Assembly: GCA_963817955.1 (NCBI GenBank)
Contig: CAWFQK010000004.1
Span: forward strand, 32,001-96,000
Reading direction: 5' to 3'
DNA from: an uncultured Gemmatimonadaceae bacterium
GTDB taxonomy: Bacteria; Gemmatimonadota; Gemmatimonadetes; Gemmatimonadales; Gemmatimonadaceae
DNA length: 64,000 bases
The notes beneath the pieces were generated by a model, which worked only from the letters and a program-made list of their open reading frames with translations, searched no databases and was not told where the DNA came from. The stretch's first letter is position 1. Each line of letters opens with the position of its first letter. Shown here in pieces: positions 1 to 14,678 of this stretch. The translations under genes were made by a program, and so were the position numbers.

Positions 1-18
1 GCGGGCGGTGCGGTCGCG

Positions 19-1278
19 ATGATCGTCGGCCTGCTCGCCGCCGCCTTCCAGCTTGCTGCGGCAGCGCAGCCGCTCGTCGTGCGCGATGCGCGCGACGGCC
101 AGCGCCGGGTGCGCGTGCCAGTCGTGGCATCAGCGAACGGACCGATGCTGCGTCTCGAAGGTCTCGCCGGTCTGCTCACCATTCGCGTACACCACGATTC
201 GGGGGCAGCCTATACCGCGGATGTGAACGGTACGCGACTTCAGTTCGAAGCGGGCGTGCCGGTCGTGCGCGTCGGCGCAACCCCGAGGCCGCTCGCCGCG
301 GCACCCATCGTTCAGAACGGGCATCTGTACGTTCCGCTCCAGCTCGTATCCGAGGTGTTTCCCGCGATCGTGCCGAATACGCGATGGGATGCCGACAGCG
401 CGCAACTCGTCGTGATCGGCGCGATCGCCGCGACGTCGATGCGCGCGAGCGAAGGGGAGGTTCTCTCGCCAGCGCAGCATGCGTCTGGCAGCGCGACGAG
501 TCTGGACAGCCGGTTGCCACCAGTCCCAGCCAAGCACAATCGCCGCACAATCATCGTCGATGCCGGCCACGGTGGCGTGGACAACGGCATGACCGGGCCG
601 ATCGGCGGCGGTCCGCGGATCTACGAGAAGAACATCACGCTCGCCGTCGCCATGAAACTCGGTGGCCAGCTCCGCGACCGCGGAGTGGACGTGGTGTATA
701 CCCGGACGACCGACACGCTCATCGCGCTCGATGATCGCGGCCGCATCGCCAACCGCGCCGGCGGCGATCTGTTCATCTCCGTCCACGTCAACGCGGCGAA
801 TCCCAACTGGAAAGATCCTGGCGGCTCGCGCGGATTCGAGACCTACTTCCTCTCCGAGGCTCGAACGGAAGACGCGCGGCGCGTCGAACGGATGGAGAAT
901 GAGTCGGTGCGCTTCGAGGACGGCCCAGCAAAGATGGGCAAGGACGATCCGCTGAGCTTCATCCTCAGCGACATGCGCCAGAACGAACATCTGCGCGAGT
1001 CGAGCGAGCTGGCCGACATCATTCAGCGGCGGCTGGGCCGCATGCATCCGGGGCCGAGCCGCGGGGTGAAGCAGGCCGGGTTTCGCGTGCTCGTGACCGC
1101 ATACATGCCGGCGGTGCTCGTCGAGATCGGCTTTGGCACGAATCCGCGCGAAGCCGCCTACCTCAGCGATCCCGATCAACAGGCCGCCCTCGCGTCGGCC
1201 ATCGCCGATGCAGCCATGGAGTATCTGCAACGATATGAGCGCCGCGTGACCGGCGCCGGTACGGGACCCGGGCGGTGA
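19..1278 (+). CDS. N-acetylmuramoyl-L-alanine amidase (Amidase_3, AmiA/AmiC-like)
   Basis: Motifs IIVDAGHGG, EKNITL, FISVHVNA and PAVLVEIGF; N-terminal signal-like segment. Confidence 0.9.
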   Translation: MIVGLLAAAFQLAAAAQPLVVRDARDGQRRVRVPVVASANGPMLRLEGLAGLLTIRVHHDSGAAYTADVNGTRLQFEAGVPVVRVGATPRPLAAAPIVQNGHLYVPLQLVSEVFPAIVPNTRWDADSAQLVVIGAIAATSMRASEGEVLSPAQHASGSATSLDSRLPPVPAKHNRRTIIVDAGHGGVDNGMTGPIGGGPRIYEKNITLAVAMKLGGQLRDRGVDVVYTRTTDTLIALDDRGRIANRAGGDLFISVHVNAANPNWKDPGGSRGFETYFLSEARTEDARRVERMENESVRFEDGPAKMGKDDPLSFILSDMRQNEHLRESSELADIIQRRLGRMHPGPSRGVKQAGFRVLVTAYMPAVLVEIGFGTNPREAAYLSDPDQQAALASAIADAAMEYLQRYERRVTGAGTGPGR

Positions 1279-2225
1279 CCACGTCCGTCCGCCTCAGAAC
1301 GGTCGTTGGTAAGCTGGTATTCAATAATCCTATCGTTCTCGCCGCAGGCACCGCCGGCTACGGCGAGGAACTGTCCGACGTCATGCGACTCGATGCCGTC
1401 GGTGGCTTCGTGACGAAGGCGGTGTCCCTGACGGCGCGCGCGGGCGCGCCGGCGCCGCGCGTCGCCGAGTTCGAGGGCGGCATGATCAACGCGGTTGGCC
1501 TGGCCAACCCCGGGCTCGATGCCGTGCGCCGCACTCAGCTCCCGTGGCTCGCGTCGCATCTGCCGGAGACGCGAAAGATCATCAACGTCGTGGGTTTCAC
1601 GGTCGACGAGTATGCCGCCGTCGTCGCCGGTCTCGAGGAGAGCCTGCGCGGCTCTCCGGGCGCGGCCGACGGCTTCGAGCTCAACGTCAGTTGCCCCAAC
1701 GTGAAGGCGGGCGGCATGGAATTCGGTGCCGATCCAGTGGCGCTCCGCGCCGTGATAGAGTCTGCGCGGCGAGAAACCACACGCCCGATCTTCGTGAAGC
1801 TATCGCCGGCGCTCGCCCGGATCGGTGACGCCGCCCGCATTGCGGCGGACGCCGGGGCCGATGCGATCAGCGTGGTGAATACGGTACCTGGGCTGGTGAT
1901 TGATGTCGAGCGGCGACGGCCCGCGCTGGGGTTTGGCACCGGTGGCGTCAGCGGCCCGGCCATTCTGCCGGTCGGCGTACTCGCCACTTGGAAGGTGCGG
2001 CACGCCGTGACGCTGCCGATCCTGGGGCTGGGCGGCGTGGCGCGCGGCACAGACGCGGTGCAATACATCATGGCTGGCGCATCGCTGGTTGGCGTAGGGA
2101 CCGCTGCGCTACGCGATCCGAAAGCTCCCGAACGCATCGTGCGCGAGCTCGATGGTTGGTGTCGCGCGCACGGCGTGGAGAACGTGCAAGACCTCAGCGG
2201 AACCTTGGAGTGGCCGAGCGTATGA
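1275..2225 (+). CDS. pyrD: Dihydroorotate dehydrogenase (family 1 catalytic subunit)
   Basis: NPIVLAAGT, NAVGLANPG, ELNVSCPNV, GGVSG; adjacent to pyrF. Confidence 0.93.
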   Translation: MTTSVRLRTVVGKLVFNNPIVLAAGTAGYGEELSDVMRLDAVGGFVTKAVSLTARAGAPAPRVAEFEGGMINAVGLANPGLDAVRRTQLPWLASHLPETRKIINVVGFTVDEYAAVVAGLEESLRGSPGAADGFELNVSCPNVKAGGMEFGADPVALRAVIESARRETTRPIFVKLSPALARIGDAARIAADAGADAISVVNTVPGLVIDVERRRPALGFGTGGVSGPAILPVGVLATWKVRHAVTLPILGLGGVARGTDAVQYIMAGASLVGVGTAALRDPKAPERIVRELDGWCRAHGVENVQDLSGTLEWPSV

Positions 2226-2929
2226 GCACGATTCCGATCATTGCGCTGGACGTTTCGACCGCCGCGGACGCGCTCGCATTGGTGAAGTCTTTCGGCCCGC
2301 GTTGCCGATTCTACAAAGTTGGGAATGAGCTGTTCACGTCGGCCGGCCCGGGGGTGGTCCGGGAGCTACGCTCGCGCGGCTGTGACGTCTTTCTCGATCT
2401 CAAGTTCCACGACATTCCAAATACCGTCGCGGGCGGAGTCCGGAATGCAGCCGCGCTTGGCGCCCGCCTCGTCACGGTGCACGCCTCCGGCGGACGAGCG
2501 ATGCTCGAGGCGGCGGCGCGTGCGGCTGGCGATAGTTGTGGCGTGCTCGCCGTGACGGTGTTGACGTCGCTCACTCCTGGCGTTGTGGCGGAGGCATGGG
2601 GCAGGCCTGGCGGCATTGACCTGTCGGTGGAGGTGCTGCGATTGGCGGAGCTCGCCGCGTCCTGTGGCGTGCATGGCATTGTATGCAGCGGGCAGGAGGC
2701 GCCATCCGTGCGCGACAGGTTCGGCGGGGCGTTGGCTGTGCTCGTGCCCGGCGTCCGCGCAGCGGGCGGCCCGGCGCAAGATCAGGCGAGGGTCGTGACG
2801 CCCGCTCAGGCCGCCGAAGGGGGTGCGCGGTACGTGGTGGTGGGCCGGATGGTGACCGCTGCGCCGGACCGTTTGGCTGCGCTGGATGCGCTCGTGGCGG
2901 AACTCGGCGGGACGAGCAGGGGCCAATAA
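2222..2929 (+). CDS. pyrF: Orotidine-5'-phosphate decarboxylase
   Basis: [27 protein letters not shown] at 2222 overlaps the pyrD stop. Confidence 0.95.
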   Translation: MSTIPIIALDVSTAADALALVKSFGPRCRFYKVGNELFTSAGPGVVRELRSRGCDVFLDLKFHDIPNTVAGGVRNAAALGARLVTVHASGGRAMLEAAARAAGDSCGVLAVTVLTSLTPGVVAEAWGRPGGIDLSVEVLRLAELAASCGVHGIVCSGQEAPSVRDRFGGALAVLVPGVRAAGGPAQDQARVVTPAQAAEGGARYVVVGRMVTAAPDRLAALDALVAELGGTSRGQ

Positions 2930-2947
2930 CAAGTCCAACCCGGCCCC

Positions 2948-2976
2948 TTGCTTGAACTTACTGCCCAGTTTACTGT
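2948..2976 (+). promoter_or_regulatory. Putative sigma70-type promoter for the rpmJ-alpha operon
   Basis: TTGCTT (2948-2953), 17 bp spacer, TACTGT (2971-2976), about 50 nt upstream of rpmJ. Confidence 0.45.
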
Positions 2977-3023
2977 TCGGGTCTGGTCGTGAAATCTCTC
3001 GTCCTGAACTGTCCGGAGCGCCT

Positions 3024-3140
3024 GTGAAAGTTCGCACAAGCGTAAAGCCGATCTGTGAGCACTGCAAAGTTGTGAAACGCAACGGCGTGACTCGCATCAT
3101 CTGCAAGCGCAACCCCAAGCATAAGCAGCGTCAGGGCTAA
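3024..3140 (+). CDS. rpmJ: 50S ribosomal protein L36 (zinc-ribbon type)
   Basis: GTG start; (M)[37 protein letters not shown]. Confidence 0.96.
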   Translation: MKVRTSVKPICEHCKVVKRNGVTRIICKRNPKHKQRQG

Positions 3141-3142
3141 CT

Positions 3143-3520
3143 ATGGCTCGTATTGCTGGCGTCGATCTCCCGCGTGACAAGAAGGTTGAGATCGGACTGA
3201 CTTACATTTATGGCATTGGCCGTCATGCGGCGTCGGAAATCGTGCAGAAGGCCGGCATCGATGCGACGCTGCGCATTCGGGATCTCTCGGATGCCGACGT
3301 CAACAAAATCCGCGGTATCATCGAGCGCGACCACAAGGTCGAAGGCGCGTTGCGTACCGAGGTGGCGATGAACATCAAGCGATTGATGGACATCGGCTCG
3401 TATCGCGGGATCCGCCATCGTCGCGGCCTGCCGGTGCGGGGACAGCGGACGCACACGAACGCGCGCACGAAGAAGGGTCCGCGTCGGGCGATCGCCGGCA
3501 AGAAGAAGGTGACGAAGTAG
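3143..3520 (+). CDS. rpsM: 30S ribosomal protein S13
   Basis: [10 protein letters not shown]...[16 protein letters not shown]. Confidence 0.98.
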   Translation: MARIAGVDLPRDKKVEIGLTYIYGIGRHAASEIVQKAGIDATLRIRDLSDADVNKIRGIIERDHKVEGALRTEVAMNIKRLMDIGSYRGIRHRRGLPVRGQRTHTNARTKKGPRRAIAGKKKVTK

Positions 3521-3535
3521 CGTTCCGCGTTCTTC

Positions 3536-3616
3536 GTCATCCAACGGGGCGAGCCCCCAAAGGATCTCTACATCACGCGTGGCGAACGGCAGGTCCGTCG
3601 CTTCGCTCAGAATGAC
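3536..3616. repeat. REP-like palindromic element in the rpsM-rpsK spacer
   Basis: GTCATCC...GGATCT...AGGTCC...CGCTTCGCTCAGAATGAC; the ends are imperfect inverted repeats. Confidence 0.45.
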
Positions 3617-3627
3617 ACCAACGGATT

Positions 3628-4005
3628 ATGGCGACTGGGAAGAAGGCAAAGCGCGTCGTGGAAGCGGAGGGCGTAGCGCACGTCAGCGCGACGTTCAACA
3701 ACACGACGATCACGATCACGGACACGCACGGTAATGCTGTGTCCTGGGGCTCCTCCGGCAAGGCGGGGTTCAAGGGATCCAAGAAGAGCACGCCGTTTGC
3801 CGCGACCGTCGCGGCCGAGCAGTGTGCACGCGAGGCGCTGAGCGCCGGTGTGAAGCGTGTGCACGTGCGCGTGCAAGGTCCGGGGTCGGGGCGTGAGTCG
3901 GCGATTCAGGCGCTGGCGACAGCGGGATTGCAGGTCAAGTCTATCAAGGACGTGACGCCGATTCCGCATAACGGTTGCCGTCCTCCCAAGCGTCGGAGAG
4001 TCTAA
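3628..4005 (+). CDS. rpsK: 30S ribosomal protein S11
   Basis: [43 protein letters not shown]. Confidence 0.98.
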   Translation: MATGKKAKRVVEAEGVAHVSATFNNTTITITDTHGNAVSWGSSGKAGFKGSKKSTPFAATVAAEQCAREALSAGVKRVHVRVQGPGSGRESAIQALATAGLQVKSIKDVTPIPHNGCRPPKRRRV

Positions 4006-4007
4006 GT

Positions 4008-4643
4008 ATGGGTCGGTATACAGGGCCGAGCTGCAGGCAGTGTCGGCGCGAGGGGACGAAGCTCTTTCTCAAGGGCACCAAGTGCTTCACCGAGAAGTGC
4101 CCGGTTGAGCGTCGGCCATACGCCCCGGGACAGCACGGGCAGAACACGGCGCGTCGGCGCAAATCGTCGGAGTACTCCAAGCAGCTGCGCGAGAAGCAGA
4201 AGATCAAGCGCATCTACGGTGTCAGCGAGCAGCAGTTCCGGAACACGTTCGAGAAGGTGTCGAGCCTGCCGGGCATCACAGGTCACAACCTGCTGGCTGC
4301 GCTCGAGAGTCGACTCGACAACATGATCTACCGCATGGGTTTCGCTGCGAGCCGGAAGGCCGCGCGCCAGCTCATCCGTCACCGTCATATCGAGGTGAAC
4401 GGCAAGAGGGTGGACATTCCGAGTTATATGGTCGCGCCGGGTGAGGAAGTGCGCATTCGCCAACAGTCGCGCGAAGTGCAACCAGTGCTCGCCGCAATGG
4501 AACAGTCGTCGCGCGGCGGGTCACTCTCCTGGCTTGCAGTGGACCGCAACACATTCAGCGGCCGAATGCTGGAACGGCCAAGCCGTCCGAACATTCCGAT
4601 CGCGGCGCAGGAACAGCTGGTCGTCGAGCTTTATTCGAAGTAA
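4008..4643 (+). CDS. rpsD: 30S ribosomal protein S4 (Cys/zinc-binding type)
   Basis: MGRYTGPSCRQCRREG, LREKQK, LESRLDN, VVELYSK. Confidence 0.98.
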   Translation: MGRYTGPSCRQCRREGTKLFLKGTKCFTEKCPVERRPYAPGQHGQNTARRRKSSEYSKQLREKQKIKRIYGVSEQQFRNTFEKVSSLPGITGHNLLAALESRLDNMIYRMGFAASRKAARQLIRHRHIEVNGKRVDIPSYMVAPGEEVRIRQQSREVQPVLAAMEQSSRGGSLSWLAVDRNTFSGRMLERPSRPNIPIAAQEQLVVELYSK

Positions 4644-4650
4644 GCAACAA

Positions 4651-4820
4651 CTCCTCGCGAGAGGAGAGTTCGCCGACAAGCCGAGAAGGCTTGTCGGCGT
4701 TCAAATGAAAGGTTCCGACCGGTGCTGTCGCACTGGATCGGTACCGGTCGGAGCCCTCATCTCCGTTCGAGCTTGCCGCGCATGAGGGGCGGGGCAAGGC
4801 GATGCCGGGGCGAATCCCGG
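4651..4820 (+). other. Multi-hairpin structured intergenic region (rpsD-rpoA)
   Basis: Five stems, including a perfect 12-bp stem (4671-4699) and a 15-bp stem (4711-4755). Confidence 0.55.
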
Positions 4821-4845
4821 TAGGACCGCACCGAGAACAACACCA

Positions 4846-5920
4846 ATGGCAAACACGATTGATCTGCGCGGACTTGTCCGCCCGCAGCTGGTCGAAGCGA
4901 CCAAGCGCGAAGACAACCCGAATATCGCCGAATTCCGACTGCAGCCGCTCGAGCGCGGCTTCGGTCATACGCTCGGCAACTCAATGCGACGCATGTTGCT
5001 GTCGTCCCTCCGGGGCGCGGCGGTGTGGGGCTTCCGCATCGACGGTGTCGTCCACGAACACCAGACCATTTCTGGTGTCGTCGAAGACGTCCATCAGATC
5101 ATCGGCAACCTGAAGACGCTGACGCTCACGCTCCCCGAAGACGTGGAGGACGTGGTGCTGCACATCTCCAAGTCGGCGGCCGGTGCAGTGACCGCGGCCG
5201 ACATCAGCTCGTCGGGCGGCGTGCGCATCATTAATCCCACCCACCACTTGTTCACGCTCCAGGACGACCGCGACCTCAACGTCGATCTGTACGTCAACAA
5301 GGGTCGTGGGTACATCGAATCCGACCAGCATCCGCTCGATCGCGGCCTGCCGGTGGATCTCGTGCGCATCGACTCGATCTATAATCCCGTTCGTCGCGCA
5401 AACTTCACCGTTGCCGAGACGCGCGTCGGCCAGCGTACCGACTACGATCGCCTCGTGCTCACAGTCGAGACGAACGGCACGATCTCGCCAGAAGAAGCGG
5501 TGAGCTATGCGGCCGCGCTCGCGCAGACGCATTTCCAGTATTTCGTCGACTTCGGTTCGCACTCGTCGGCGCCCATCGGGCAGTCGAGCGAGAACGGTGC
5601 TGGCGATGGCGTTCGGCTCGGCGGTCTGCTCCAGCACGCCAATCGACGATCTCGAACTCTCCGTTCGCTCGGTCAACTCGCTCAAGAACTCCAACATTCG
5701 GAGTCTGGGCGATCTGGTGCGGCAGACCGAAAGCCAGATCCTGCAGGTCAAGAATTTCGGCAAGAAGTCGCTCCAGGAGATCGCTGATCTGCTCGAGCGT
5801 GAAGGGTTGAATTTTGGTATGCGCTTCGAGGAAGGCGGAGACGGTGGTGTGCGCGTGCTCGATTGGGGCACGCCGCCGAGCCGGGCCGCCGCCGCAGCGC
5901 CCGACGACATGGAGGAGTAA
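4846..5920 (+). CDS. rpoA: RNA polymerase alpha subunit (one apparent indel near 5630)
   Basis: PLERGFGHTLGNSMRR, RVGQRTDYDRL; the CTD (ELSVRSVNSLK, NFGKKSL) is in the next frame. Confidence 0.96.
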
Positions 5921-5925
5921 AGGCA

Positions 5926-6284
5926 ATGCGGCATCAGTAAAGCAGGGCGGCAGCTTCGCCGCACATCGGAACAGAAGATCGCCCTGATGCGGAATCTCGC
6001 GATCGTCGCTCATCGAGCACGGGGCGATCGAGACCACCGAAGCCAAGGCGAAGGAACTGCGTCCGTTCGTCGAGAAGTTGATCACCAAGGCGCGCTCGGG
6101 CACGTTACACGATCGTCGTCAGGCCGTTCGTCACGTGCACAAGCGCGAGACGGCTGACAAGCTGTTTCAGGAGCTCGGGCCGAGGTTCGCCACGCGTCCG
6201 GGCGGTTACACGCGCATCCTCAAGACCGGCCACCGCAAGGGTGACGGCGCAGAGATGGCGCGCATCGAGCTGGTCGAGGGCTGA
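5926..6284 (+). CDS. rplQ: 50S ribosomal protein L17 (apparent indels)
   Basis: MRH start, IETTEAKAKELRPFVEKLIT, RPGGYTRILK, GDGAEMARIELV. Confidence 0.93.
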
Positions 6285-6287
6285 GCC

Positions 6288-6506
6288 ATGGCTATCCAGA
6301 GAAACATCTGCTATTCCTGCAAGAAGGGCATCGCGTTCGGCAACAACGTGTCGCACGCCAACAACGAACGCGCCGCACGTGGAAGCCGAATCTTCAGGTC
6401 ATGCGCACCCTGATCAAGGGCAAGGTCGACGAAGGTGAAGGTCTGTACTCGTTGCATGAATGCTGGCAAAGTGAAGCGGGCGCCGCGCGGGCAGGCGGTG
6501 GCGTGA
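6288..6506 (+). CDS. rpmB: 50S ribosomal protein L28 (apparent indels)
   Basis: Manual translation across frames: CYSCKKG..FGNNVSHANN..RRTWKPNLQ..VKVCTRCM. Confidence 0.9.
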
Positions 6507-6536
6507 TCCCGCCGTCGCAGCGCCGCGCCTGAAGTG

Positions 6537-6567
6537 AAGGGGGAGCTTTCGGGCTCCCTTTTTTCTT
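6537..6567 (+). terminator. Rho-independent terminator after rpmB
   Basis: GGGAGC-TTTCGG-GCTCCC followed by TTTTTTCTT. Confidence 0.85.
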
Positions 6568-6587
6568 GTCCTCGGCTTTCCTACTAA

Positions 6588-7570
<983 letters not shown>

Positions 7571-7574
<4 letters not shown>

Positions 7575-8517
7575 CTCGGTTTCTTCTGACGGGCGGCGGC
7601 GGATTCGTCGGGCAATGGTTGGCGCGCGCGCTGCTCGCGCGCGGCGATGACGTGACGTTGACGGGGATCGGCTCGCTCGACGATGGCCCGCGTCTCCTGT
7701 CGGACGTGGAACGCCGCGCCGTACGCTGGCTGGCGGCCGACATGCGGTCGCAGGTGGAACAAGGAGCGGCGCTCGACATTGCGATGCCAGCCGTCGTCGT
7801 CCACTTGGCCGGAGTCGCGTTTCCGCCGCAGGGTGACCGCGATCCGGCCCTGACGTACGACATCAACACCTTGGGGGTCGTGCGCTTGCTCAGCGCGCTC
7901 AATGAGCGGCGGGCGGCGGGAACGCTCGATCCCGTGGTGGTTGTGATTGGGAGTTGCATCCAGTATGGGCGCCACGAACCGACCGAGATGCCGCTGACCG
8001 AGGCGGCAGTGCAGCGTCCGATCACCGTGTATGCGTGCGAGCAAGGCGGCGCAGGAGATTGCGGCGCTACAGATCGCTCGCGCGACGGGCCTCCGCGTCA
8101 TCTGCACGCGCAGCTTCAATCACTCGGGTGTCGGGCACAGTGGGGAATATCTGCTGCCGTCACTCGTCCGCCGCGTCGTCGCGATGCGCCGTGGTGCGTC
8201 TGGCACGCTGGCGCTCGGCAACGACGTGGTGCGCGACTATCTGCACGTGAGCGATGTCGCGGACGCGTACATCGCTCTGGCCGAGCGCGGGCGAGCCGGC
8301 GAAGTGTATAACGTGGCGAGCGGCAACGGGCTCAGCGTGCGTCAACTTGCTGCCGATATCTTGCTTCACGCGGGCGTCACCGCTGACATTTCCACAGACC
8401 CGTCGCTCGTTCGCGCGACGGACATTCCCGTGCTCGTCGGCTCCCCGGCGAAGTTGATGCACGACACGGGGTGGAAGCCCTCGAGGACTCCTTCCGACAT
8501 CATCGACGACCTGCTTC

Positions 8518-8535
<18 letters not shown>
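7571..8535 (+). CDS. GDP-4-keto-6-deoxy-mannose reductase-like SDR (Rmd-like); indels, end approximate
   Basis: LLTGGGGFVG, HLAG, Y..SK, RSFNHSG, RDYLHVSDV, GEVYNVASG; coupled to gmd. Confidence 0.7.
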
Positions 8536-11785
<3,250 letters not shown>

Positions 11786-11789
<4 letters not shown>

Positions 11790-12366
11790 GCGACGGCGTT
11801 TTCGTACACGCGTCCGCGTACGTGGACGAGGGCGCGCAGATCGGCACGGGCACGAAGATCTGGCATTTCTGCCACGTCATGTCCGGGGCCGTGATCGGCG
11901 AGCGGTGCGAGCCTCGGGCAGAACGTCGTCGTGATGAACGGCACGCGCATCGGCGAACAACGTGAAGATCCAGAACAACGTGTCGATCTACGAGGGCGTG
12001 GAGCTGGAGGACGATGTGTTCTGCGGGCCGTCGATGGTGTTCACGAACGTGATCAACCCGCGAAGCCACGTCTCGCGCAAGACGAGTACAGGCGCACGCT
12101 GGTCCAGCGCGGCGCCTCGATCGGCGCCAACGCGACGATCGTCTGCGGCGTGACGCTCGGCGCGTATGCCTTTGTCGGCGCGGGCGCGGTGGTCACGAAG
12201 GACGTGCCGCCGTACGCGCTCGTGGCCGGCGTGCCGGCACGGCGCATCGGCTGGATGTGCCAGTGCGGTGAGCGGTTGAACGACGTCGGCGTCGAGCACC
12301 TGCCGCGCTTGCGGCACGTCGTACGTGCGGCAGGGCGACGGCATCGCGCCACTCGCGCCCACCTGA
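11786..12366 (+). CDS. WbpD/WlbB-like hexapeptide N-acetyltransferase (indels; end approximate)
   Basis: [45 protein letters not shown]. Confidence 0.85.
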
Positions 12367-12388
12367 CTCCACGAGCCCACGGCGACTC

Positions 12389-13453
12389 ATGAGCGGACAG
12401 ACATTTCGCGTCGCGACTGGTCGGCTGCGGTCGCATCAGCAAGAACCACTTCGATGCGATCGCGGAAGGTTGATGGTCTCGACATTGGCAGCGGTGTGCG
12501 ACACCGACGCCGATCGAGCGCGCCGCGCCGGCGAGCGAACACGGCGTGCCGCATGGTTCCGTACGATCGACGACATGGTCAAGGCGAGCGCGAAGGACGT
12601 GCCCATCGACCTCGTGACGATCTGCACACCCTCGGGGATTCACGCGGCGCAAGGCGTCGGCCGCGGCGCGCGCCGGTAAGCACGTCGTGACGGAAAAGCC
12701 GATGGCGATCTCGCTCGACGCAGGCGGATGACCTGGTGAAGGCGTGCGACGATGCGGGCGTGCACCTGTTCGTCGTCAAGCAGAACCGCCTCAACCCGCC
12801 GGTGCAGCTCCTCAAGCGCGCGGTGGACAGGGGCCGATTCGGCCGGATCTACATGGCCAACGTGACGGTGCGCTGGCAGCGGCCGCAGGAGTACTACGAT
12901 GCCGGCACCATGGCGCGGCACGTGGGAGTTCGACGGCGGCGCGATGATGAATCAAGCATCGCACTACGTGGACCTGGTGCAATGGCTGGTGGGTCCCGTG
13001 GAGAGCGTCATGGCGCAGACGGCGACGCAGGCACGACGGATCGAAGCGGAGGATTCCGGGGTCGCCATCCTCAAGTTCCGTTCGGGCGCCCTCGGCGTGA
13101 TCGAGGTCAACGTGCTCACGTACCCAAAGAACCTCGAGGGCTCGATCACGATCCTCGGCGAGAAGGGGAGCGTGAAGATCGGTGGGACGGCGGTCAACAA
13201 GGTGGAGCACTGGAGCTTCGCCGACTACGACGATGACGACAAGCTCGTGGAGGCATCGAACACGAATCCGCCGACCGTCTATGGCTTTGGGCACGAGGGA
13301 TATTACCGAAACGTGCTCGCCGTGTTGCGGGGGGCAGCGAAGCCGGAGACGGATGGACGCGCGGGCCGGAAGTCGCTCGAGCTGATCCTCGGGATGTACG
13401 AATCGGCCAAATCGGGCCGCGAGGTGCCGATTCCGCTGCGTCATGTCGTCTGA
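12389..13453 (+). CDS. WbpB/WlbA-like Gfo/Idh/MocA oxidoreductase (indels)
   Basis: [48 protein letters not shown]. Confidence 0.85.
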
Positions 13454-13564
13454 TCACGAGTTGACCTCCTCCGACATTCCTGTGAACTTTAATAATTCGA
13501 GGCCCCGCATCGAGGCCAGCGAGGCGCCCAACCGCGGGCGCGATCACATTTCTCGACTCTGATC

Positions 13565-14678
13565 ATGCCAGTTCCTCTGCTGGATCTGCGTGCGCAGCAC
13601 GCCACGATCCGGGATGAAGTTGTTTCGGCCCTCATGGGCGTTGTAGACTCGCAGCTCTTCATCCTCGGCGCGCCTGTCGACCAGCTCGAGCGCGAAGTTG
13701 CTGGACTGTCCAACACTGCTCACGCCATCGGCTGCGCCAGCGGCACTGATGCGCTCCTGCTCGCCCTCCGCGCGCTCGATTGCGGTCCGGGAGACGAGGT
13801 GATCACCACTCCCTTCACCTTCTTCGCGACGGCCGGGACGATTCACAACGTCGGCGCCAAGCCGGTGTTCGTGGACATCGACCCGAAGACGTTCAACATT
13901 CGCCCCGACGCGGCCGCGGCGGCGCGGACGGCGCATACCAAGGCCGTCATCCCCGTGGATCTCTTCGGTCAGATGGCGGCCATCGAGCTGGTCGCTGCGG
14001 CGTTGCCGGGCATTCCGGTGATCGAGGACGCGGCGCAGTCGATCGGAGCCCGACGTAGGATTGGCGGTACGTGGCGCATGGCTGGCGAAACGGCGACGAT
14101 CGGCACGTTCAGCTTCTTCCCGTCGAAGAACCTGGGCGGCTACGGCGACGGGGGCATGATGGTCACGCAGGATGAAGCATTGGCTGCGCGGCTCAAGCGA
14201 CTGCGTATGCACGGAGGGGCGAAGCAGTACTTCCACGAGGAGGTTGGGTTACAACAGTCGCCTCGACGCGCTGCAGGCGGTCATCCTCAGCGCCAAACTG
14301 CCGCACCTCGCCGAATGGAGCGCCAGGCGCCGTGAGAATGCGGCGTACTATGACGCGGCGTTCGCAGACGTGCCGGAGGTGACGACACCGTACGTCGATC
14401 CGGCGAACGAGTCGATCTTCAACCAATACACCATTCGAGTGTCGAAGCGTGAGGCGCTGCAGGCGGCGCTGAAGGAGCGCGGGATCGGCACATCGGTCTA
14501 CTATCCGTTGCCGTTGCATCTGCAGCCCTGCTTCGAGTACTTGGGCTATCAGGAAGGCAGTTGCCCCGAGTCCGAGCAGGCTGCCAAGGAAGTGCTGTCG
14601 CTGCCGATCTTTCCCGAACTGACCAAGACCCAACTCGACGAAGTCATCGATGCCGTCCGGAAATTCTATGGCCGCTGA
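13565..14678 (+). CDS. WbpE-like DegT/DnrJ/EryC1/StrS aminotransferase (one indel near 14245)
   Basis: ASGTDAL, IEDAAQSIGA, SFFPSKNLGGYGDGG, NSRLD, YYPLPLHLQ. Confidence 0.88.
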
